Origin: an uncultured Candidatus Saccharibacteria bacterium
Lineage (GTDB): Bacteria; Patescibacteriota; Saccharimonadia; Saccharimonadales; AWTP1-31
Length of the DNA: 64,000 bases
Assembly (NCBI GenBank): GCA_937903325.1
Contig: CALCZR010000060.1
Span: 210,404-274,403, forward strand
Reading direction: 5' to 3'
This document shows, one piece after another, positions 44,834-55,421 of the stretch. Numbering within the stretch: position 1 is the first letter of the stretch; every line of letters begins with the position of its first letter. A program made the translations under genes and the position numbers. The notes beneath the pieces were generated by a model. That model was given only the letters and a program-made list of their open reading frames with translations, was not told where the DNA came from and ran no database searches.

Positions 44834-45148
44834 CTACTTGAGTTCGACTTGAACGGTTTCGATGGTACTGTCGCCGATATTTTCCACACCGTGAGAACTT
44901 TCTGGCGAGGATGTCACCTGGCCTTTCGTAAGTTCCACATCCGCAAAAGAACCATCTTCTTTCTCAAAACGGAGCGTGCCTCCAGCCAGAATATAGTTGA
45001 TGTTCTGCGGATGCCAGTGCATATCTGCTTTATCTCCAGATTTCACAATTACTTTAAGAACACGCATTTTGTCGTCTTCGAAAATTACTGAGTGCAATTG
45101 AGGCGCAGTATTTACTGCATCATCCTGACGTTCATCTTGGAGACTCAT
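44834..45148 (-). CDS. cupin-domain protein
   Basis: GDKADMHWHPQN...LAGGTLRF pattern; 104 aa. Confidence 0.6.
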   Translation of the reverse strand: MSLQDERQDDAVNTAPQLHSVIFEDDKMRVLKVIVKSGDKADMHWHPQNINYILAGGTLRFEKEDGSFADVELTKGQVTSSPESSHGVENIGDSTIETVQVELK

Positions 45149-45492
45149 GTTTTACTCCTTATCTCAATATGCTGAATCTTATTGGCCGATATAATTACAT
45201 ACTCAAGTCCACTTGAGTGGATGTATTCATCGTCGTTTGTGGACGCAGAAAAGTCGTAGTCAAATAGCACAATACCGGGCTTCACCTCCTTGACAGAATT
45301 AACCTTCCAATTCAAGGCACTAAAATTACCATGAAATTCTCTCTGCATTTTTATAATATCTTCTACGCCCAAATAAATACCTGTTGTCTGAGAGCTGTAT
45401 GTGGTCGTATCAGTAAATAACTTGGAGATCCCATCAAAGTCGCTCTTGTTTGAAAGTTCAAAGTAGAGCTTGGCTATCTCAAGAGCTGTCAT
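45145..45492 (-). CDS. NTF2/SnoaL-like fold protein
   Basis: 115 aa with a typical alpha+beta cone pattern. 4-nt overlap with the cupin gene. Weak call. Confidence 0.4.
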   Translation of the reverse strand: MTALEIAKLYFELSNKSDFDGISKLFTDTTTYSSQTTGIYLGVEDIIKMQREFHGNFSALNWKVNSVKEVKPGIVLFDYDFSASTNDDEYIHSSGLEYVIISANKIQHIEIRSKT

Positions 45493-45532
45493 GATTATTT
45501 GTCCTTTACCTTTAGAGCATACTTTCGGAGTA

Positions 45533-46177
45533 TCAGATAACCGTCTTCCAGTAGTACCAGAAGTGTGTCAGAATCGCTACAAAGATTAGCAGATACCAGG
45601 TAAACAGGATGTCACCATGGTGCTTCTCTACAAAATTGCCAACCTTTTTCAGATTGCCCGTTAGTACTATGAAGCCGTTCCGGATATTCCAAATAGTGGT
45701 GTAGATAAGCATTGGAATGGTAACGGTCCAGACCACAATACAGTACGGACACAGTGAACCAATTCGGTATACTGCCTCGTAGAATAGCCACATACAGAAG
45801 ATGGCACCGAGTATTGTGCCCGATTGTAGACCAAGCCAGAACCAGCGCTTGAACTTAGCGCCAGCCAGCATAGCCATACCAATGGTCACAACAACGGAAA
45901 AGCCCATCAGACCAATGAGTGGGTTAGGGAAACCAAAGGCAGATGCTTGGTCAGACTTCATGATATTCCCACAGCTAATAATTGGGTTAATGCTACATTC
46001 TGGAACGTAGCTTGGATCTTGCAGAAGGTGGATTTTTTCAATAGTAATAATAAAGGCCATAAGGAGCCCGATAAAGCCACCAATGACGAGTAGCCACGGG
46101 TATACCCGGTCTAGATTCCACTTACTTTTAGTCTTCGCACTGGCAGTTGTTTTTGCTTTAACCATCCTATCCATCAT
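45533..46177 (-). CDS. vitamin K epoxide reductase (VKOR) family membrane protein
   Basis: CSINPIISCG loop cysteines and CPYC in a TM helix. Confidence 0.7.
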   Translation of the reverse strand: MMDRMVKAKTTASAKTKSKWNLDRVYPWLLVIGGFIGLLMAFIITIEKIHLLQDPSYVPECSINPIISCGNIMKSDQASAFGFPNPLIGLMGFSVVVTIGMAMLAGAKFKRWFWLGLQSGTILGAIFCMWLFYEAVYRIGSLCPYCIVVWTVTIPMLIYTTIWNIRNGFIVLTGNLKKVGNFVEKHHGDILFTWYLLIFVAILTHFWYYWKTVI

Positions 46178-46241
46178 ACCATGAGCTTAAGTCCACAAGT
46201 CACTAGTGGCGCCCATACTTCGAAGACGCTACAATAGTTAT

Positions 46242-46805
46242 ATGAAGCCGTTATACCTTGCTAGTCTGCCAAAGAAAAAACGGCCCCTCTTTGTACCTGA
46301 CTTCACCGCCGACAGCATATTAGATATCGACTTTGCAGCCCTCAAGAAACTCGGCGTTAAACACCTACTCATTGACCTAGACCTGACACTCCGTAAGAAA
46401 ATGACCCGCAAGCTCGAGCCTGTCGTCGTAAGCTTTCTGACCGACGCCATGAAGACACACGGCTTTAGTAGCCTCAACATCGCCAGTAATAACATGCTGG
46501 ATCTATCTGGCTACGGCAACTCTATTAGTGCTAAGGTCTTCCAACCCTTCTGGAAAGGGCTCTGGATTGTCCGTAAGCCCAATCACCTGTTCTTTGACCG
46601 TATCCTGAAGACCCTCAAAGCCAAACCCAATGAATGTGTCATGATCGGGGATAAGCTCCGCGGAGATGTATACGGGGGCAACGTCAGTGGCATGTACACC
46701 ATCCTTGTAAAACCAAAGGGCCACGACTACTGGTACGACCTCGTTCTCTTTACTCGACTAAGGGAACGACGCACATTGCGCAAGCACCATCAGCCTGGTG
46801 AATAG
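46242..46805 (+). CDS. YqeG-family HAD phosphatase
   Basis: LLIDLDLTL (DxD), SNN, MIGDKLRGD. ATG at 46242. Confidence 0.65.
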   Translation: MKPLYLASLPKKKRPLFVPDFTADSILDIDFAALKKLGVKHLLIDLDLTLRKKMTRKLEPVVVSFLTDAMKTHGFSSLNIASNNMLDLSGYGNSISAKVFQPFWKGLWIVRKPNHLFFDRILKTLKAKPNECVMIGDKLRGDVYGGNVSGMYTILVKPKGHDYWYDLVLFTRLRERRTLRKHHQPGE

Positions 46806-46811
46806 TAGCGT

Positions 46812-47249
46812 TTAGCTGTCAAAGATTACACTGGCTAACTTTGCTCGATCACTATACGAAGGACTCATATTTAGACCCATGAACTCCTGTCGACTAAACC
46901 ACCGCCACTCAGCCACATGGTCGGTTTTCTGTAGCGCTTCGCTCGCAACACTAACCTTATAGAACATATTCATACGGGGTATCTCGTCGACTATTGTCCC
47001 GATCGTATGGTGCGCAATCTTGTAGTCGGTCGTAATGTCTTTAGCTGACACACCAAGCTCTTCTTCCAGTTCCCTAATCAGCGCTGCTTCAGCAGTCTCG
47101 CCGTGGTCCACTCCGCCGCCAGGAAAGCCCCACCACATTTCGGGAATTTCTTTAACAAGCAGCACTTTATCACCATTAACGACCAAGGCCTTGGTGGCAA
47201 CACGGTACAGACAATCGTCAATTTCGTTAAGCCGAGAGTCTATCTTCAT
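46812..47249 (-). CDS. NUDIX hydrolase
   Basis: Nudix box GGGVDHGETAEAALIRELEEELG. Confidence 0.8.
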   Translation of the reverse strand: MKIDSRLNEIDDCLYRVATKALVVNGDKVLLVKEIPEMWWGFPGGGVDHGETAEAALIRELEEELGVSAKDITTDYKIAHHTIGTIVDEIPRMNMFYKVSVASEALQKTDHVAEWRWFSRQEFMGLNMSPSYSDRAKLASVIFDS

Positions 47250-47292
47250 AGCTTAATAGTACCAGGTATGCCTTTTAATTAAGTTTGTTACA

Positions 47293-47673
47293 TTATTCAG
47301 CACAGTTTTGTTGAAGCCAGGCCGCTATATTTTTAACGTCTAGCTTATCTACCGCAATCTTAACAGCATAGTCCTCAATGTTGCCTTTGCGACCCTTGAA
47401 ACTCACGCCATTTATACTTAGGAACGTTAGGCCAGATAGCATTGCAGTTCTTTTATTACCATCAACAAATGGATGGTCTGCAATAATTCCCCGAATGAGT
47501 GCTGCCGCCTTTTCAAACAATGTAGTATACAGCTCTTCGCCAAAAACATTTTGCGTCTGCGTAGCCAAGGCAGACTCAAGCCTACCTAGATCGCGCAAAC
47601 CTTGGGAACCACCGGTCTCGTGAATCACTAACACATGTAACTGCAGAAGATGTTCAAGCGTAACAAGCTTCAT
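47293..47673 (-). CDS. doc: Fic/Doc family toxin (death-on-curing)
   Basis: HPFVDGNKRT motif; 126 aa. 4-nt overlap with the upstream antitoxin gene. Confidence 0.85.
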   Translation of the reverse strand: MKLVTLEHLLQLHVLVIHETGGSQGLRDLGRLESALATQTQNVFGEELYTTLFEKAAALIRGIIADHPFVDGNKRTAMLSGLTFLSINGVSFKGRKGNIEDYAVKIAVDKLDVKNIAAWLQQNCAE

Positions 47674-47891
47674 CGCTTTGCAAGGTTAGCAAAGTCTTGC
47701 TTGTAGTCTTTAAGGATTTTCTTAGCTGCAACCACTACCTGCTGATCTTCGCTCGTCGCTGGTTTAACTGGCCGTACAATAACCTCAACTTCATCACCAA
47801 ACGCTATGTTTTGTCGCTTCAGTTCTTTAGCAGGAATAGTAACCCCACCACTAGAGCCAATTTTTATAACCTTTTGTATACTTTGAATCAT
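47670..47891 (-). CDS. AbrB/SpoVT-type antitoxin
   Basis: IKIGSSGGVTIPAKELKR swapped-hairpin motif; 73 aa. Confidence 0.75.
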   Translation of the reverse strand: MIQSIQKVIKIGSSGGVTIPAKELKRQNIAFGDEVEVIVRPVKPATSEDQQVVVAAKKILKDYKQDFANLAKR

Positions 47892-47928
47892 GGAAGTATT
47901 ATAACGATATTATAATATTATTACAATA

Positions 47929-49149
<1,221 letters not shown>

Positions 49150-49187
49150 TCAACAGTATAGCAAAGTACGGTATAATGAAGTAAATC

Positions 49188-50981
49188 ATGCAAAAACAAA
49201 GACTACTCCCAATGCTACTCATCCCGCTAATCCTACTCGGCATTGCACTTGTACATCCTCTACACGTTTCCGCTGCAACCATTGCCGTTACCGCTGGCAC
49301 AGTAGATGAGACAGATAACGGTAACTGCTCCTTATATGAAGCGGTTGAGGCAGCAAATACCGGGACAACTGTAGATGAGTGCGTAGGCAGTTCTGGTGCC
49401 GATACCATTAACATTCCTGACGGCACATATAACCTCGCTGCCACTTCGCACAACCTACAGTTAGACTCAGATATAAGTCTTGTTGGGACATCTCGCTCTG
49501 GAACGATCCTAAACGGAGGCGATACCTACGGGTTAACGGTCACAAGTGGCAATATCTCGCTGTCTACTCTGACTGTCGAACATGGAGTAGGACTCTACAG
49601 CAATAGCAGCACCATATCCTCAGTTACTATCGACAATACTATCTGGCAAGACAATAGTACCGAGACTGGAACACAGCGCAGCGGCATAGATATCTCTCGG
49701 TCAAGCGGATCCGCCGAGGCATTTACTATGACTAACTCAATCGTGCGGAACAACACTGCTGGTGAAGGTGGCGGAGTGTATGCAAGAGGCTTTGACGAAG
49801 CGACTATTACTAATATCGAGGTGTACGGAAATACTGAGACATCCACTCACCAGAAATCAGCGGTCGACATTAGAGCCACTACCGTCACCGTCAGCGACAG
49901 CAACTTTCATGACAACACAAAAGTCACAGCTCTTAATGTATCCGGGGATAACGTCACTATACGTGATACCGTTGTACGCAACAACACAGGCGACCACCTA
50001 GCCGGACTAGGAGGTGGCATAAACATCTTTACCGAAAGCGACAGTGGAACAGAGCGAGTTGCCACATTAGAGAATGTTGCGATTGTTAACAACCAAGGTC
50101 AAGCTATGCTGGTCGTATCAAATGATAACTTCGGATACACCTTTAATGCACGTAATGTAACGATTGCTAATAATACATCCCTCCTTCCCGTATTCTACGC
50201 TTACACCAATAGCGAGACAGATCCAGTTGCGGGCCATGTCGACAATGTAACGATTGCTAATAATACCAGGACGGGTCCGCTTGGAGATGGTAGTTTTACT
50301 AGTTTTGCGGCAGCATTCATCATAGGTGCCAAGGTTGATCCTACTCTCCAGCTTAAGAATGTGTTAATGGCCAACAACAAAGATGAGACAACACCAACTA
50401 ACTGTATGGCCGCCTCAAATGATACTCGTAACCCTATATCTGCAGGTAACAATTTTAGCTCTGACAGTAGCTGTACCGCCTTCTTGAATCAAGCCAGTGA
50501 CCAGAATAACAAAGATGCCCAAATAGATACCCTTGTTGCAGAAGCTAATACCTGGGTCGTGCCCCTCAAGGCAGGCTCACCGGCTATTAACACTGGTGGG
50601 GTAGTGGCAGGACTTACTACCGATCAGCGGGGCATTGCAAGACCCCAAGGCAGCGCCTACGACATTGGAGCCTACGAGTGGAATGGTATAGCGAGTAACA
50701 ACACTACATCAAATACTAAGGGAGGTGGAAATGCCCCGCTCGCCGAGACAGGAGTCATAACAACGTCAACCATTATTCTTGGAGCCATCATCCTGCTAGC
50801 CCTCATAGTCATATTCTTTGACTACCGTAAACACAAACGGCCTCTCACTGAAATTGACCCGAACGTATCCTACAGTTTTGGTCACCATATCCGAGTAGTA
50901 ACTATCCCACTCCTAAGGTATCGCTTACAGGTAAAGATATCTAAGTCAAGCAATGATCCCACCGGCGTCCACAAGTTTTAG
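49188..50981 (+). CDS. surface beta-helix protein with LAETG sorting motif and extended C-terminal tail
   Basis: Signal peptide, CSLYEAVEAANTG, many N-x-T beta-helix turns. PLAETG, a TM helix, then KHKR followed by about 45 further residues. Confidence 0.65.
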   Translation: MQKQRLLPMLLIPLILLGIALVHPLHVSAATIAVTAGTVDETDNGNCSLYEAVEAANTGTTVDECVGSSGADTINIPDGTYNLAATSHNLQLDSDISLVGTSRSGTILNGGDTYGLTVTSGNISLSTLTVEHGVGLYSNSSTISSVTIDNTIWQDNSTETGTQRSGIDISRSSGSAEAFTMTNSIVRNNTAGEGGGVYARGFDEATITNIEVYGNTETSTHQKSAVDIRATTVTVSDSNFHDNTKVTALNVSGDNVTIRDTVVRNNTGDHLAGLGGGINIFTESDSGTERVATLENVAIVNNQGQAMLVVSNDNFGYTFNARNVTIANNTSLLPVFYAYTNSETDPVAGHVDNVTIANNTRTGPLGDGSFTSFAAAFIIGAKVDPTLQLKNVLMANNKDETTPTNCMAASNDTRNPISAGNNFSSDSSCTAFLNQASDQNNKDAQIDTLVAEANTWVVPLKAGSPAINTGGVVAGLTTDQRGIARPQGSAYDIGAYEWNGIASNNTTSNTKGGGNAPLAETGVITTSTIILGAIILLALIVIFFDYRKHKRPLTEIDPNVSYSFGHHIRVVTIPLLRYRLQVKISKSSNDPTGVHKF

Positions 50982-50987
50982 CTATAG

Positions 50988-52031
50988 CTAGATAATCAGC
51001 ATACTGTCGCCGTAGCTCAAGAATGCGTAGTTCTCGGCCAGCGCATGTTCGTATGCAGATTTCAGGTGATCCCAGCCAGCAAAGGCGGAAGCCATCATGA
51101 GCACGGTGGAGTGAGGTGCGTGGAAGTTAGTCAGCAGTCCATCCACGATCTTGAATTCGTAGCCTGGGTAGATGAATATGTCCGCCTCTCCCGTTATATC
51201 TTCCAGTTCCACATCTCCATCTCCAGCACTGGACAGCGATTCTGCAGCATACTCTAACGTTCTGGTCACGGTTGTACCAACGGCAATGACACGGCGGCCT
51301 TCTTGCTTAGCACGCCTTATTGCTTGTGCAGCATCTACCGGAATCTCAAAGTATTCCTGATGCATCTTGTGCTTAGTAACATCTTCTACTCGAATCGGCA
51401 TAAAGGTCCCCATACCTACATGAAGCGTGAGCTCTACTACCTCAATACCCTTGGCTTTGATCTCTGCAAGCAGCTCATTAGTAAGATTTAGGCTAGCCGT
51501 CGGGGCAGCAACCGATCCGGCAGCCTTAGCAAACTCAGTTTGGTAGCGTTCTCGATCTTCGGCTTCTTCCCGGCGATGCATATACGGAGGCAAGGGGACT
51601 TCGCCCTGCTCCTCTGCCAGCTGCCACAAGTCTCGACTGCTACTGATCTGCGCAGTGCCGTTTTCGTAGACTTCGTCGACGGTAATAGTAGTGCCTGCGA
51701 CGTCAAGTTCTTGGCCGGGGCGGAGACTGCGGCGATACATGACTTTGGAGGTATGGTGGTCAGTTCCCTGACCATGCTGCTCCAGAAGCAGCAGTTCTCG
51801 CTCTGCCCCATCTGCATTCGTAGCAAGCAGTCGAGCAGGGATAACCTTGGTATTGTTAACGACCAACACATCGCCAGGCTTTAGGAAATCAATAACATTC
51901 TTGTAATGCGAATCCTGAATATCTCCTGTGTTTTTGTTCAGTACCAGCAGCCGCGTGGTGCCACGTACTTTTGGTGGGTGCAGGGCAATAGCCGCATCGG
52001 GCAGAGTGTAATCAAAGTCAGATAATTGCAT
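50988..52031 (-). CDS. queA: S-adenosylmethionine:tRNA ribosyltransferase-isomerase
   Basis: MQLSDFDYTLP...PPYM...FLSYGDSMLI. Confidence 0.93.
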   Translation of the reverse strand: MQLSDFDYTLPDAAIALHPPKVRGTTRLLVLNKNTGDIQDSHYKNVIDFLKPGDVLVVNNTKVIPARLLATNADGAERELLLLEQHGQGTDHHTSKVMYRRSLRPGQELDVAGTTITVDEVYENGTAQISSSRDLWQLAEEQGEVPLPPYMHRREEAEDRERYQTEFAKAAGSVAAPTASLNLTNELLAEIKAKGIEVVELTLHVGMGTFMPIRVEDVTKHKMHQEYFEIPVDAAQAIRRAKQEGRRVIAVGTTVTRTLEYAAESLSSAGDGDVELEDITGEADIFIYPGYEFKIVDGLLTNFHAPHSTVLMMASAFAGWDHLKSAYEHALAENYAFLSYGDSMLII

Positions 52032-52106
52032 AACGACTTAGTATACACCGTTTCGCCCCTATTTCTATCTTGCGTATTATGTCATAACAGGGATAATAGA
52101 AATCCT

Positions 52107-52916
52107 ATGATTGACCGGCTTCATCCACCACGGCGCAGACAGCTGCTTCGCAGTCCCTGGGCTGCAAGCCTACTGACGGCCAGTTTACTGCTGGGTGGCT
52201 GCAACGACGGGGATAGGGTTGAGGCTAGCAGCACAACATCAACAACTCGTGCCACCACTTCGACCACAACACCCGAAGTGGTAGTTACCACGACCACCCA
52301 ACCCGAACGCCACGACCTAACCAGCTGTTTTGTTGACGAAGCCATGGACCAACTACATTTGCAGTCCGCGCTGCCCAGCAAGCAACCCGTGCCCGTAGCT
52401 CTTGGCTTTACCTACCTGCGTAACGAAACCCGGCGAGGTGTAGCAGGAGTCACGGAAGTTACCAACCCCCTTGTCTCTGATTGTCTGCTTAAAGATGGCC
52501 GGTCAATATATGTCCTAAGTGCATTAGGATTCCTCGGCACCAGTGCCATACAGTCTTGGCCAACAGAATCAGTCGGCCTGACACAAGACGGGCCACTTCA
52601 GCTCGTCGACCACGAGCCTGCACAAACCAGGGAAGGGTACTTATTTGCAGACCCAGCTCAGCTGCCTGACTTAGCAGGAGCCGACCGCTCCCTGCCCGAC
52701 CCTTTTACTACCTCCATGCTCGTTACAGTGGATGCAGCACCGTTACCTGTACAGGATCCAAGTATTCCGTCCCATGACCAACACGGGCTTATTGCCCAAG
52801 ATGCTGGCGGCAGTAGTATTGAGATAGCTCGTGCAACCTTCCACCCTGGCGTGAGTGCAAGTACCATGGCAAGCCTGTATGCCTTAGGTGGCCAGACCAA
52901 GTTCGTTGGAGCTTAA
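52107..52916 (+). CDS. GC-rich putative lipoprotein with RRR-containing signal
   Basis: MIDRLHPPRRRQLLRSPWAASLLTASLLLGGC, then a T/S-rich linker. Hand-counted 55-62 percent GC on five lines. Confidence 0.5.
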   Translation: MIDRLHPPRRRQLLRSPWAASLLTASLLLGGCNDGDRVEASSTTSTTRATTSTTTPEVVVTTTTQPERHDLTSCFVDEAMDQLHLQSALPSKQPVPVALGFTYLRNETRRGVAGVTEVTNPLVSDCLLKDGRSIYVLSALGFLGTSAIQSWPTESVGLTQDGPLQLVDHEPAQTREGYLFADPAQLPDLAGADRSLPDPFTTSMLVTVDAAPLPVQDPSIPSHDQHGLIAQDAGGSSIEIARATFHPGVSASTMASLYALGGQTKFVGA

Positions 52917-53042
52917 AAGTAGGTACTGTAAGAAACTTCATAGTTACCTTTCTCTACCGTCTTTATAGTTATACGCACTAAGCATTTGCTTAGGTAGCAG
53001 TCGCCCCGCCCTATTCACATGTCGCACATGTTGGGCAGTACA

Positions 53043-53111
53043 GCCCCCGCTCTAACACTGGGATGTAGCAGTTACCCAGTCATAAAAGTTTGGAGTGGGG
53101 GCGTATTTTTT
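53043..53111 (+). terminator. long branched stem plus T-run (terminator or small structured RNA)
   Basis: GCCCCCGCTC (53043-53052) pairs with GAGTGGGGGC (53093-53102). Inner hairpin ACTGGG/CCCAGT. T6 at 53106-53111. Confidence 0.45.
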
Positions 53112-53134
53112 GGAACGTGTATTATATTAAAGAT

Positions 53135-53668
53135 ATGCCACACATTCATACCGAGCCAGGTCAACACGACCTCACCGCAAGTGCCTTTATTGTCCGAACA
53201 GATGGAGATAAACCAAGAGCAATGCTGCACAAGCACCGTCTCCTTGATATGTATCTCCAATTTGGGGGACACGTTGAGCTGCATGAAAATCCTTGGCAAG
53301 CTATTACCCACGAACTCAAAGAAGAGGCAGGCTACGACCTAAGCCAGCTCAACTTATTACAGCCCAAGGAACGGTTACAGAACTCAGCTACCTCCAACTT
53401 GCACCCCTACCCTGCAATGTTGCAGACGCATCCGTTTGGCGATATAGACCACAAGCATACTGATATAGGATTTGCGTTTGTAGCAGACCGACCGCCCCAA
53501 CAGAAACCCGAAGAGGGAGAGTCGACTGAATTCCTACTACTAAGCGCCGCTGAACTAAAAAAGCTACGCGATGACCAGATTCCTGAAAACGTACGCTTAA
53601 CTTTTCTGTTCGTCTTAGATACTTGCCTGCCAAAGTGGGAGCAAGTCCCGGCTAAAGACCTAGCTTAA
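53135..53668 (+). CDS. NUDIX hydrolase
   Basis: Nudix box GGHVELHENPWQAITHELKEEAG. ATG at 53135. Confidence 0.75.
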   Translation: MPHIHTEPGQHDLTASAFIVRTDGDKPRAMLHKHRLLDMYLQFGGHVELHENPWQAITHELKEEAGYDLSQLNLLQPKERLQNSATSNLHPYPAMLQTHPFGDIDHKHTDIGFAFVADRPPQQKPEEGESTEFLLLSAAELKKLRDDQIPENVRLTFLFVLDTCLPKWEQVPAKDLA

Positions 53669-53704
53669 CAGAGACAAATATGGTATATTCAAGGTTGCTT
53701 CAAT

Positions 53705-53781
53705 GGCGGCGTAGCTCAGCTGGTTAGAGCACAGGACTCATAAGCCTGGGGTCACAAGTTCAAGTCTTGTCGCCGCTACCA
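53705..53781 (+). tRNA. tRNA-Met (anticodon CAT), elongator-like, CCA encoded
   Basis: GGCGGCG TA GCTC AGCTGGTTA GAGC A CAGGA CTCATAA GCCTG GGGTC ACAAG TTCAAGT CTTGT CGCCGCT A CCA. Identity as Ile2 (lysidine) cannot be excluded. Confidence 0.8.
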
Positions 53782-53793
53782 AGTTGTATCAAG

Positions 53794-53814
53794 AACCTCT
53801 TCGGAGGTTTTTTG
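53794..53814 (+). terminator. rho-independent terminator after tRNA-Met
   Basis: AACCTC-TTCG-GAGGTT followed by a T-run. Confidence 0.8.
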
Positions 53815-53988
53815 TTTTGCTTGTGCTTGCCCGATCAAGGGTATCCTAATAATATGAACGAGATAAGGAGTTATGTATGGCAACTGACGAACAATTCCCC
53901 GTAGAGTTATTTGAGAGTCTTAACGAGCGGTTTTTTTGGTGAAGGCGGACCTACCAAGGGGCGTGTCCCGGGTGGAGGTACCCAAGAA

Positions 53989-54243
53989 ATGGCCAAAACT
54001 AGGCGAGACGATATCGAAGATTCATTTGGGATTATGCGTCCTGTAATAGCCAACATGTTTACTGAGCTTGGCATTGATAATCCTGAGGCTGTAGACAGAG
54101 CGACTATGTATGCCGCCGTCCAGAATCGACATGGCTTTGAAGAAGGCATTGCTGTCGTACATGACAATGCAGTAGTCACTTCTCGCGAAGCGGCCGAAAG
54201 AGAGCGGTCCTTCAGAATGAATTTTGTAGGCAACATAGGCTAG
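53989..54243 (+). CDS. hypothetical protein (84 aa from the ATG; the frame is open from 53911)
   Basis: GGAGGT lies 9 nt upstream of the ATG at 53989. See the finding on the T7 tract for an alternative 5' end. Confidence 0.4.
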   Translation: MAKTRRDDIEDSFGIMRPVIANMFTELGIDNPEAVDRATMYAAVQNRHGFEEGIAVVHDNAVVTSREAAERERSFRMNFVGNIG

Positions 54244-54270
54244 GCCTATCCTTGATTCAGATTTACGAGA

Positions 54271-54304
54271 AAATAAAGACTCCCATTTCTGGGAGTCTTT
54301 ATTT
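54271..54304. terminator. bidirectional rho-independent terminator
   Basis: GACTCCCA-TTTC-TGGGAGTC flanked by A-rich and T-rich runs. Confidence 0.75.
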
Positions 54305-54317
54305 AGTGTAAGTATTA

Positions 54318-54401
54318 TTAGCTTAAGATGTCATCAAATTCGATTACGTTTGCATCGTTGGTTGGGATGAGTTCGTAAGCTAGTAGGTTTGAGATTTTCA
54401 T
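54318..54401 (-). CDS. unannotated 27-aa acidic micro-ORF
   Basis: MKISNLLAYELIPTNDANVIEFDDILS. AAGGAA sits about 11-13 nt upstream, and the ORF ends at the bidirectional terminator. Confidence 0.3.
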   Translation of the reverse strand: MKISNLLAYELIPTNDANVIEFDDILS

Positions 54402-54575
54402 TTGTTTTGTATTTCCTTTTGTTGTTTTGTTTATTGTTGGTTTGCTGTCAGTCGTTTTTGTTTTATTGATCTTTCGATCATCAAAACTAAGTATCATTAT
54501 ACATAAGCTTTATTATTTGTCAAGTATATTCACTGTTATATTTACTTTACAGATTAAAAATGGTAATGTTGCTTT

Positions 54576-55286
54576 ATGACAGAAGTAGCTTCCATCCCTG
54601 AAATGCACATCCCAAGTTTAAATGCATGGAGATGGCGCGCACAAAAACACTTGTTGGACACTAAAGACGATGGATCTATTGAACGTTCGCGCCTCGTCAC
54701 AGACATAACATATGTTTTTAACGGCCTGCAGGGACTATTAGCTGTCGATCCCTCTCGAACAGGCAGAAACCCATCAGACCAACCCAAGCTACTTCCACTT
54801 CTAGAAGGGCTGGTGAGTGTTACGCCCCTCCCATCGGTTTATGGACGGTCGCGCAGAATTAAAATCCAAGATGCTTCGGTTGATATAAACAGTGTTGAAG
54901 GTTTTCTTGAGGCAGTAACTAGTAATCCAGTGTACTCAATGAATACTGCGTGGGGCACCTACACATCTGCCGGCAGAAAGGTGAATACTGACGACTGGCT
55001 AGTAGGCCTTGAAGAAGTTCTAACAGCCACAAGAGAAAAGAAGATAGACACTACTGAGATACCAAGAATCTCACGACACTCACCTCATTCTGCCATGGAC
55101 ATAAGTCAAGGCATAAGCTTAGCATCAGCCGCCGGATTATTTGCAGATCTTGGACTACAAGCCGCACAAGCATACTCTTTAGCTGTGCGCGCAAAACCAC
55201 TGCGAGAGATAGCCGATATAGCACAGTTGCACGACACAATCACTGCACTAGATTTTGCAGCTATTAATCCTCCCATTGCGGAATAA
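54576..55286 (+). CDS. hypothetical protein
   Basis: 236-aa ORF with no recognisable motif. Confidence 0.45.
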   Translation: MTEVASIPEMHIPSLNAWRWRAQKHLLDTKDDGSIERSRLVTDITYVFNGLQGLLAVDPSRTGRNPSDQPKLLPLLEGLVSVTPLPSVYGRSRRIKIQDASVDINSVEGFLEAVTSNPVYSMNTAWGTYTSAGRKVNTDDWLVGLEEVLTATREKKIDTTEIPRISRHSPHSAMDISQGISLASAAGLFADLGLQAAQAYSLAVRAKPLREIADIAQLHDTITALDFAAINPPIAE

Positions 55287-55421
55287 CGCATAAAATGATT
55301 TAATGACGGTAGCAGGTTCATTCGTTCGATGCAGATATGTTTCTTGGTTTTTAGCCTAGACCGGTCAGCAAAGTAGATTGAAATGGTCGTACCTAGCGGT
55401 TAAATACAAGGAAACATATAC

